This document shows, piece after piece, positions 56,649 to 64,000 of a stretch of 64,000 bases of DNA (the first letter of the stretch is position 1; each line of letters starts with the position of its first letter). The position numbers and the translations under genes are program-made. The notes beneath the pieces were generated by a model. It was not told where the DNA came from and searched no databases. It worked only from the letters and a program-made list of their open reading frames with translations. Source of the DNA: a virus (Duplodnaviria > Caudoviricetes); the IMG/VR virus record IMGVR_UViG_3300031998_000067, positions 4,153 to 68,152 of that record. One strand, 5' to 3'.

Positions 56649-57160
56649 AAATCCTGAAAACAATCCTCGGCTACATCCTCGGCCTTATCACTATGATGGC
56701 GATAATGTTCGCTTGTGCCGAAAATGAGGATGGCTCGTGCAATCTCTGGTGGTCGCTCGGATGTATTGCCGTCGCGGTCGTCTGCGGATGGCTCTGGAAT
56801 AAATACTTCAACGAGGATGCCCATCTCATTCATGTCCCGGACGAAGTTTACTCCGCACTAAACCGCCAGATTGCAGATGAGGCATTGGAACTCTCCGGAG
56901 GGTGCAAGAGCGTTATGGTGGAGGAGTATTTTGGAAGGGATTACAGCATTCTTCTCAAACTCGATCTCTGCGCCAGTTCGTCACGGATGAAGTTTACCGA
57001 TGATGCCTGGGGTGCGACGAGAATCTGCACCGAGGTTAACTGGGAGTGCAGCGTGGAGGTCGTGGGCGTCAACATCTACAACGAGAGTGGCGACCACCTC
57101 GCTTCCGACTTTGACAAGGATCGGATCGAGACGAGTTATGAGAATTCTCATTGGGAATAA
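56645..57160 (+). CDS. membrane-anchored hypothetical protein
   Basis: Two N-terminal hydrophobic helices. Confidence 0.6.
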   Translation: MKILKTILGYILGLITMMAIMFACAENEDGSCNLWWSLGCIAVAVVCGWLWNKYFNEDAHLIHVPDEVYSALNRQIADEALELSGGCKSVMVEEYFGRDYSILLKLDLCASSSRMKFTDDAWGATRICTEVNWECSVEVVGVNIYNESGDHLASDFDKDRIETSYENSHWE

Positions 57161-57181
57161 CAACATTAAATCATCTATATT

Positions 57182-57763
57182 ATGGCAATTTATGACAAAC
57201 TTCTTCGTCTTCAAAAGGCTGTTGTGGGCCTCACGAAAGACAAGAAGGGCAACAGCTACGAATATGTGTCCGGCGACAAGGTGCTCGGCATCGTCCGTCC
57301 CACGATGGACGAACTTGGTCTGATCCTCATTTCAGAAGTCACCGACACGAGTTTCCAGAGGATAGACTACAACACCAAGACAGGCCCCAAGTCGGAGATG
57401 TTCTGCGCTATCAAGATGCGGTTTACCTGGGTGGATGCCGAAACCGGCGAGAAGGTCGCTTGCGACTGGGCCTCCTCCGGCATGAACAACTGGGACAAGG
57501 GCTATGGCTCGGCCGTTACTTACGGTGAGCGCTACTTTCTCCTCAAATTCTTCCATATCGCCACCGACAAGGACGATATTGACGCACCCAAGACTGCCGA
57601 GCAAGAATTTTCGCTCCAGAGTGCTATCGCCTATATCAATGGGCTCAACACCACCGAGGAGATGCAGAATGCTTGGAACTACTACTCACAGTGGTACGGC
57701 AAGGACAAAGAGTTTATCAAGGCGTACAACAAAAAAATGCAGCAGATAAATGGAACTAAATAG
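57182..57763 (+). CDS. ERF-family ssDNA annealing protein
   Basis: DKGYGSAVTYGERYFLLKFFHIATDKDDID. Confidence 0.85.
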   Translation: MAIYDKLLRLQKAVVGLTKDKKGNSYEYVSGDKVLGIVRPTMDELGLILISEVTDTSFQRIDYNTKTGPKSEMFCAIKMRFTWVDAETGEKVACDWASSGMNNWDKGYGSAVTYGERYFLLKFFHIATDKDDIDAPKTAEQEFSLQSAIAYINGLNTTEEMQNAWNYYSQWYGKDKEFIKAYNKKMQQINGTK

Positions 57764-58682
57764 AAACACCAGAGTCTTCTTTGAGCCCACCTCGCATAGC
57801 TATCTTCTGGACGGAGATACCCTTCTGATGGGCGTTACCGAGCTGATGAAGAAGCACAATCTCTCGGCAGACTACTCCGCTATCCCCGAGGCCGTCTTGA
57901 AGAAGGCCGCAGAGGAGGGAACGGCAATCCATCTGGAGATTGAGAAATACGACGACGGCGAGGCGGTTTTCGCCTCCGAACTCATAGACGAGTACAAGAA
58001 GATTTGCGCCGCAAACGGCTTGAAGTCCGTTGCAAGCGAATATCTCATCTCGGACTATGAAGTTATCGCATCTGCGATAGATAAGGTCTATGAGGGCCCC
58101 AGAAAGGGTGCGGTACTCGTTGACATCAAGTCCACCCTCGAACTCCACCGCCGCCCGTTGGAATGGCAGCTTGGTATCTACAAGGTATATTTCGAGCGCC
58201 TGAATCCTGGCGTGCCAGTTGAAGGGTGCTACTGCCTCTGGATCGACAAGAAAAAGCGCACGATAAAGGGCTTCGTTCCGATAGAACCCGTGAGCGAGGC
58301 TGAGGTCGTGGCGCTGATAGAAGCCGAGAAGAGGGGCGAAATCTACATCGACGAGAACGCCAAGCCGGATGCGAGTCTGGTCTTGAAGTCCAACGAACTC
58401 GCCTCTTATGTCGGCGGCTACAACAAGGTCGCCGAACTGAAAGCGCGGATAAAGCAGATCGAGGACGCCATGAAAGATGCGGACGCAAAACTTCTCGCAT
58501 ATATGGAGAAAAACAACCTCGATGAGATGGCTGCTCCCGGCGGTGTTATCAAGCGCAAGGCGGCATACACGCAGACTCGCGTCGATAGCGCAAAGCTGAA
58601 AGAGCAGTTCCCGGCCGTCTGGCAGAAGGTCGCAAAGGAGACGCAAGTCAAGGGCAGTATCAGTTATAAACCTAAAGAATAG
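57750..58682 (+). CDS. PD-(D/E)XK exonuclease
   Basis: H..IE, SAID, VDIKST, QLGIY motifs; adjacent to ERF. Confidence 0.8.
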   Translation: MELNRNTRVFFEPTSHSYLLDGDTLLMGVTELMKKHNLSADYSAIPEAVLKKAAEEGTAIHLEIEKYDDGEAVFASELIDEYKKICAANGLKSVASEYLISDYEVIASAIDKVYEGPRKGAVLVDIKSTLELHRRPLEWQLGIYKVYFERLNPGVPVEGCYCLWIDKKKRTIKGFVPIEPVSEAEVVALIEAEKRGEIYIDENAKPDASLVLKSNELASYVGGYNKVAELKARIKQIEDAMKDADAKLLAYMEKNNLDEMAAPGGVIKRKAAYTQTRVDSAKLKEQFPAVWQKVAKETQVKGSISYKPKE

Positions 58683-58687
58683 AAACC

Positions 58688-59242
58688 ATGGCATCTGTTA
58701 ACAAAGTCATTCTTGTTGGCAACGTCGGCAAAGACCCCGAAGTTCGCCAATTCCAGGACGGTAATCAAGTGTGCAATTTCACCCTCGCAACTTCGGAGGT
58801 CCATACGGGCGCCGACGGCCAGAGGAACGAAATCACCACTTGGCACAACATCGTTCTCGCTGGAAAGAACGCCACGAATGTCGCTCCCTTCATCCGTAAG
58901 GGCACAAGCCTTTACATCGAGGGAAAGATTCGCAACCGTTCCTTCCAGACGTCAACCGGCGAAACAAAGTACATCACCGAAATCGTCGCGTTTGCCGTCC
59001 AGATTCTCACTCCCAAACAGGAGCAAGCCCAGGCTCCCGCTCCGGCACAACCCGCCTATCAAGGCCCGGTAGCGCCCCCGCAGCGCCCCGTAACTCCGGC
59101 GGCTCCAGTATCACCTCCTGCGCAGCCGCAGTATCCCCAGGCCCCCGCTCCGCCGGTAGCACCACAGTATCCTCAGCCGACACCACCGGCACAACCGCAG
59201 TACCCCGCCGACGGGGGCTATGATCCAAGCGTCGGATTCTAA
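58688..59242 (+). CDS. ssb: single-stranded DNA-binding protein
   Basis: VNKVILVGNVGKDPEVR, KGTSLYIEGKI; Pro/Gln tail. Confidence 0.95.
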   Translation: MASVNKVILVGNVGKDPEVRQFQDGNQVCNFTLATSEVHTGADGQRNEITTWHNIVLAGKNATNVAPFIRKGTSLYIEGKIRNRSFQTSTGETKYITEIVAFAVQILTPKQEQAQAPAPAQPAYQGPVAPPQRPVTPAAPVSPPAQPQYPQAPAPPVAPQYPQPTPPAQPQYPADGGYDPSVGF

Positions 59243-59674
59243 ATGATCTATCGCAATTCAGACCCTCTCGTCAAGGCCCAGTTTCTCTATCGTGCCAACA
59301 AGTTCGCCGAAAAGGGCGCAACCGTTGAGATGGTAGAGAAACGGCCTATGACGGAAGAGGAAAGACGGACTCTCTCGCAGAACAAAATCGTCTGGTATTG
59401 GTTCAATGTCTTCGCCGACGCTACCGGATGCACCCCGAAAGAGGCGCACGACAACGTGCTCAACGCAATCCTGGGCGAGAGGTGGGAATATAACCCGATA
59501 ACACGGGGTAAGCGCCCCGCAGAGTGGCATACAAGCGAGATGTCGAAGGCCCAGTTGTCGCGCTTTATGGATATGTTCAAGGCGTGGGCTGGAGAGGAGC
59601 CGTTCAACGTGTATCTGCCATATTACGGCGATGCCGGATACGATGAAATGATAGAAAAATACGGAAGAAGATGA
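59243..59674 (+). CDS. NinB-like recombination protein
   Basis: RTLSQNKIVWYW and TSEMSKAQLSRFMD. Confidence 0.65.
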   Translation: MIYRNSDPLVKAQFLYRANKFAEKGATVEMVEKRPMTEEERRTLSQNKIVWYWFNVFADATGCTPKEAHDNVLNAILGERWEYNPITRGKRPAEWHTSEMSKAQLSRFMDMFKAWAGEEPFNVYLPYYGDAGYDEMIEKYGRR

Positions 59675-60369
59675 TACATTCATACAACGTCGAGATTGCT
59701 CTTGCTGTGGGTGGTGCTCCGGAGGCCGTTGTGCTCAAGGAAATCGCCTACTGGTGTAAAAAGTATGAGGAGATAGGCAAGAATAAGCATGACGGACGTT
59801 TTTGGATGTACAAGAGCATCGCCCAGTGGAAAGAGGATTTCCCGGAGTTCAAGGGAAACATCAGTCATATCCTCCAACGTCTTGAGAATGGAGGATGGCT
59901 TGCCTCGGGCAACTACAACAACACTCCGTTCGACCGCACGAAATGGTACGCAGTAACGGAGAAATCCATTTCACTGTTTGCGCAAATCGATTTGACAGAA
60001 ATGCAAAATGGATTTGCCGATTCGGATAAACCTATACCATCTGGTAAAACATCTGGAAAGACAACAGAAGAAATCTTAAAGAAGAACGCCGAGGTTATCG
60101 ACCGGCTTTATGCCATCTACCCATGCAAGAGCGAGACGAGGGACGGGATACGGAGCACGGGAAAGTGCTCAAAGGATAAGCACCGCCTCGCCATTCTGCT
60201 TCGTGACCATACGCCGGAACAGATAGAACGCACAATAAGACAATACGTCGAGGAGCAAGGTGGAAAGTACCTCAAGAACTTCTCGACATTCCTCAACAAT
60301 TTCCCTGAAGACGAAGGGAGCGACACGGCTCCTCTACCGCAGACGGATGAATATGCGCACTACCAGTAG
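59671..60369 (+). CDS. replication initiator (lambda O-like, N-terminal wHTH)
   Basis: GRFWMYKSIAQW and FDRTKWY; internal repeats at 59967-60011. Confidence 0.75.
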   Translation: MIHSYNVEIALAVGGAPEAVVLKEIAYWCKKYEEIGKNKHDGRFWMYKSIAQWKEDFPEFKGNISHILQRLENGGWLASGNYNNTPFDRTKWYAVTEKSISLFAQIDLTEMQNGFADSDKPIPSGKTSGKTTEEILKKNAEVIDRLYAIYPCKSETRDGIRSTGKCSKDKHRLAILLRDHTPEQIERTIRQYVEEQGGKYLKNFSTFLNNFPEDEGSDTAPLPQTDEYAHYQ

Positions 60370-60392
60370 CGCATCAATATGTACAAAATAAA

Positions 60393-62498
60393 ATGGGCTT
60401 GCGAATCAACGAAAGCGACATATACAAATGGTTCTCCATCTTCCGCCCTACCGGCAAACTTGCCGAGATAAGGGTAAAGGATAGAAGAGGGAAGATGTGG
60501 TCCGGGTACTTTCATACACCGGAAAAGGCCATTGAAGCGCTTAACGAGAATAGCGACCTCCTCAATGGCAACGTCTTCCAGGTATTCAACGCCATCAATG
60601 AGGGGTGTAAGTCCAGACAGCAATACGATAAGTTCATTCTCGGAGCCACCAATACAAGCGATAGTGACATCATCGCCCGCGACTGGGTGTTCATTGACAT
60701 AGACCCAATCCGCCCGGCAGATACCAATGCTACCGACGATGAAGAAAAATACGCGATAGCAGTCGCAAGGAAGGTGGTCCGCTACCTCCTTGACGAAGGC
60801 TTTAATGAGCCGGTGGTCGTGGCCTCTGCCAACGGAGCACACATCTACATCCGATGCGAACTCGCCAACAATGATGCCAACAAGAATCTCGTAGTTGACT
60901 TCATCAAAGTCCTCGGGATGATGTTTGACGATGAGCGTGTACATATCGACCAAGCTATCTTCAATGCCGCTCGCTTGGCCAAACTCCCGGGCACAAAGTC
61001 CGGGAAGGGACGCGAGGACGATGAGGAGCGCCCACAACGTTGGTGCCGGTTCCTGAAGGTTCCGGATGAGATTCGTCCTACGGATAGGGCATTCTTCGAG
61101 AAGGTGGTTTCAAACCTTCCGGAGAAGCCCAAGCCCTCCGCGAGAAACGACTGGGGCCGCGAGAAGTTTGACCTCCGCGACTTCATTAGCCGGTACAACA
61201 TACCGGTAAAGCAAGAAGTGAGGGCGGCGGGTGGAACGCGCTTCATCCTCGACCATTGCCTCTTCAATGAGGCCCACAAAGCCAAGGATGCGATGATATT
61301 TCAGTACGATGATGGAAGCATCGCCTACAAGTGCCTTCACGCCTCTTGCTCGCAGTACCGTTGGAGGGACGTGCGACTTCTCTATGATCCTGAAGCCTAC
61401 TCCACCAGAGAGGACGTTGCGGACTTCGCTTATAAGCGCCGTATGCAAGGTGCAGAGAAGCGCCAGTTCGTTCCCCAGGAGGAGACGCAAGAAAAGGGCC
61501 CCATCTGGCTCGGTCTCCACGAAATCAAGACCGTTGACCCGGACTCCATAGAGAGCATCGCTACGGGCATCAAAGACCTTGACAATAAGATATTCGGCGG
61601 CACGATTCTCCAACAGCTCTCGGTTATGACCGGTCGCCCTTCGTCTGGTAAGTCCACGGTGCTCAATTCCATTATGTTGAGTTCTATCCAACAAGGGTAT
61701 CCCACGGCAATCTTCTCCGGTGAACTGCCGGACTGGATGCTAAAGTCTTGGATTACCCTTCCGGCGGCGGGAAAGAACAATGTCCGCCCATCCCTCAAGA
61801 GGGCCGATTCCTACTACGTTCCGAAGAATGTTGAGGAAAGGATACTCCAGTGGCTCAACGGGAAGCTATATGTGCATAACGAGGAGTATGGAAACAACTG
61901 GGGGCAGCTCAAGAAGGACATCTTGAATATAGTCAGCAAGGGTGTTAAGAATGTCATTATTGACAACCTCATGACCATTGACCTCAACGTCGATTATGAC
62001 CGCGAGAAACTGATGGCGCAGATTGACTTCATCAAGGACCTTCACGATATGGTCCGCAAGAACAAATTCCACTGCTGGCTTGTCGCTCACCCTCGTAAGC
62101 AGACCGCATTCCTTCGCTTTGAGGATATTGCCGGTGCCTCCGAAATAGGAAACCTCGCCGACAATATCTTCCTCGTTCACCGTATCAACCAAGACTTCGA
62201 GAACCAGGCTAAATCTTTCTTCCCGAAGCCCAAACTCACCGCCATTAAGACCGGCGAATACACCAATGTGATAGAGATTGCGAAGAACCGAATCCCGGGC
62301 AATCACATCGGAGACCTTATCGGTGTGTATTATGAGCCGGAAACCAAACGCATGAAGAATACGCCTACTGAAATGTTTCAGTATGGATGGGACTTTACTC
62401 CCGCCCAGACGCAGATTCTTCCACAACCGGAGGAACATCACGAAGCCCCGGAAACATTGTGGTATAATAAAGACGAAGACAATGAACTCGATTTCTAA
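60393..62498 (+). CDS. primase-helicase fusion
   Basis: N-terminal FIDID...SANGAHIY (AEP/RepB-like); C-terminal GRPSSGKST, IIDNL, LVAHPRK (SF4). Confidence 0.85.
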   Translation: MGLRINESDIYKWFSIFRPTGKLAEIRVKDRRGKMWSGYFHTPEKAIEALNENSDLLNGNVFQVFNAINEGCKSRQQYDKFILGATNTSDSDIIARDWVFIDIDPIRPADTNATDDEEKYAIAVARKVVRYLLDEGFNEPVVVASANGAHIYIRCELANNDANKNLVVDFIKVLGMMFDDERVHIDQAIFNAARLAKLPGTKSGKGREDDEERPQRWCRFLKVPDEIRPTDRAFFEKVVSNLPEKPKPSARNDWGREKFDLRDFISRYNIPVKQEVRAAGGTRFILDHCLFNEAHKAKDAMIFQYDDGSIAYKCLHASCSQYRWRDVRLLYDPEAYSTREDVADFAYKRRMQGAEKRQFVPQEETQEKGPIWLGLHEIKTVDPDSIESIATGIKDLDNKIFGGTILQQLSVMTGRPSSGKSTVLNSIMLSSIQQGYPTAIFSGELPDWMLKSWITLPAAGKNNVRPSLKRADSYYVPKNVEERILQWLNGKLYVHNEEYGNNWGQLKKDILNIVSKGVKNVIIDNLMTIDLNVDYDREKLMAQIDFIKDLHDMVRKNKFHCWLVAHPRKQTAFLRFEDIAGASEIGNLADNIFLVHRINQDFENQAKSFFPKPKLTAIKTGEYTNVIEIAKNRIPGNHIGDLIGVYYEPETKRMKNTPTEMFQYGWDFTPAQTQILPQPEEHHEAPETLWYNKDEDNELDF

Positions 62499-62979
62499 AA
62501 TCCGCGTTTACACAAATGGCCTCGCCATAGAGAACACCGGTGCCTATGCCTATATCGTTCTCGAGAGCCAGGGGGCCAATGTTAATATCGCCGGAGCGGA
62601 GGCGGCAATGTTTGCGCCCTCCGTTCTCAAGGCGAAGTTCGCCCAGGGCGGCAAGTGCTCCAGTCCGGACCGTATGATGATGCGTGCCGTGTACGAGGGG
62701 GTGCGCCACTGCCCGAATGGGAGTTCTCCGGAGGTCTATCTTGAGAACTTCCTTGTACCCTCCATGCTCGAGGTTGCGAAGGCCGGTGAGGAAGACGGCG
62801 ACATAGCCGTCAAGTACCGGCAGTACATCGCTGCCAACCGTATCACCCCGCAGTTCATCATCGCCAAGCACTACAACGGCAAAGACCTCCCGGATAACGA
62901 CCATGACGAGTGGACCTGGTGGGCCCATCACCTCTGCGAAGACGCTATCAAACGATTCAATAAGGAGAACAAGCAATGA
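62482..62979 (+). CDS. RNase H-fold protein, apparently inactive
   Basis: IRVYTNG, GAYAYIV, RMMMRAV, WAHHLC follow the RNase HI layout. Confidence 0.65.
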   Translation: MNSISKIRVYTNGLAIENTGAYAYIVLESQGANVNIAGAEAAMFAPSVLKAKFAQGGKCSSPDRMMMRAVYEGVRHCPNGSSPEVYLENFLVPSMLEVAKAGEEDGDIAVKYRQYIAANRITPQFIIAKHYNGKDLPDNDHDEWTWWAHHLCEDAIKRFNKENKQ

Positions 62980-63158
62980 TCCTCATTAAACTCACCACCA
63001 CCGAGAGCCGCGACATCTGGGTTAACCCGGATTATATCGCAAGCATCTCGTCCGGCGATAACTGCGCGTGTGTTTACGTCGCCAATGACTCCTATCCCGT
63101 CAAGGTCAAGGAGAAAGTCGAAGAAATCCTTCAAAAAATAACAGTAGCATACCAATGA
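62976..63158 (+). CDS. small hypothetical protein
   Basis: ATGA overlap; IWVNPDYIASI...VKEKVEEI. Confidence 0.6.
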   Translation: MILIKLTTTESRDIWVNPDYIASISSGDNCACVYVANDSYPVKVKEKVEEILQKITVAYQ

Positions 63159-63976
63159 AAGAAGACATCATCTTTACCGCAGAGCCGCAGCAGATGCACG
63201 GCAAGTATGTGGCGGAAGACCTCAACCGAACGTGGAAAGAGGTCGAAGAGAAGACCGATCCCAAGGACGGCCACAAGTTCAACGCCGAGGTTGAGAAGAA
63301 AGAACTCATCCTCAAGAGGGGCACCCTTCTGGATGCCGACAACATCCAGGTAGTTCAGTTCCATCTCCAGGCCGGGGACATCACCGGAGTGTACTGCTCC
63401 GCTATTCAACGCCGCGCTATCCTCGCATCGCCTCCGGCGTGGCAGAAGCCGTGGAAGATTCAAGTGGAGAATTCTGTGAAGCCCACCAAGCACACGGTTA
63501 TCCTCTATGCCAAGACCGTCACCGATGCTCTGGCCATCACGGCCGAGTATATGGAGCGCACCTACGACGGCATCTTCACCTTCAAGAGTGTGGGTAATTT
63601 CGACAGCGCAACATTTGTTGCTCCAAAGCCCCGCGAGTTGAAGGAGGGCGAGAAGGCTCCCGAGCTGAACTTCTACCAGATTTCCATCTCCGCCCGTTGG
63701 CGTGACGACAATGATGAGCAGAACGGCACCATCATCCTCCAGTCCGAGAACGTGGACGAGGCTCTGGCTGTGATTGAGAAGATCATCACCGAGCGTCGTG
63801 AGAAGTTCGTTAAGGAACTCAAGGCCAACTCCAAGGATGAGGAGCGAATCAAGGGTGAGACCAAGAAACTCAAAGCCGGATTCGTCCTCACTCTCAACGA
63901 GGCGAAGATTATCAAGTGCACGGACATCGTGCCGAAGGAACTCTCCGACTCGTTCTATCCTGACGACCGTAAGTAA
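63155..63976 (+). CDS. hypothetical protein
   Basis: 273-aa ORF with good codon bias. Confidence 0.7.
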   Translation: MKEDIIFTAEPQQMHGKYVAEDLNRTWKEVEEKTDPKDGHKFNAEVEKKELILKRGTLLDADNIQVVQFHLQAGDITGVYCSAIQRRAILASPPAWQKPWKIQVENSVKPTKHTVILYAKTVTDALAITAEYMERTYDGIFTFKSVGNFDSATFVAPKPRELKEGEKAPELNFYQISISARWRDDNDEQNGTIILQSENVDEALAVIEKIITERREKFVKELKANSKDEERIKGETKKLKAGFVLTLNEAKIIKCTDIVPKELSDSFYPDDRK

Positions 63977-64000
63977 GGAAAAAGGCGCGGGTGCGGTACT

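Noticed and set aside
1-64000. Stop-codon reassignment as in some gut phages
   Set aside because: Long genes are intact in code 11, and TAG and TGA both end genes at packed junctions.

Overview
A near-complete temperate tailed phage, probably a siphovirus, of a Bacteroidota (Bacteroidales-like) host. Host evidence: TTTG-N19/20-TAnnTTTG promoters, A-rich starts with no Shine-Dalgarno, an arm-type integrase and a BACON domain. Layout: (i) 1-8.4 kb and 54.7-64 kb are rightward early/middle genes (ERF, nuclease, SSB, initiator, primase-helicase, MazG, GNAT, three MTase-like genes); (ii) 8.4-32.9 kb are leftward lysis, DGR, tail and head genes; (iii) 33-38.4 kb are rightward terminase/portal genes; (iv) 38.4-40.4 kb is an AT-rich control region; (v) 40.5-52 kb is an array of about 28 small ORFs, most preceded by a hairpin plus ACCAATC leader, ending in a second tyrosine recombinase; (vi) 52-54.2 kb holds an attP-like tRNA 3' end, integrase and two HTH repressors. 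Strongest results: a diversity-generating retroelement whose single TR diversifies two targets, one adjacent and one about 35 kb away on the opposite strand inside the early array; G/C homopolymer tracts in all three MTase-like genes (two out of frame); the repeated leader architecture of the early array; a TEDG peptide motif shared by three virion proteins; and several candidate structured RNAs. Family names come from motif recognition by eye; no database search or folding was run.
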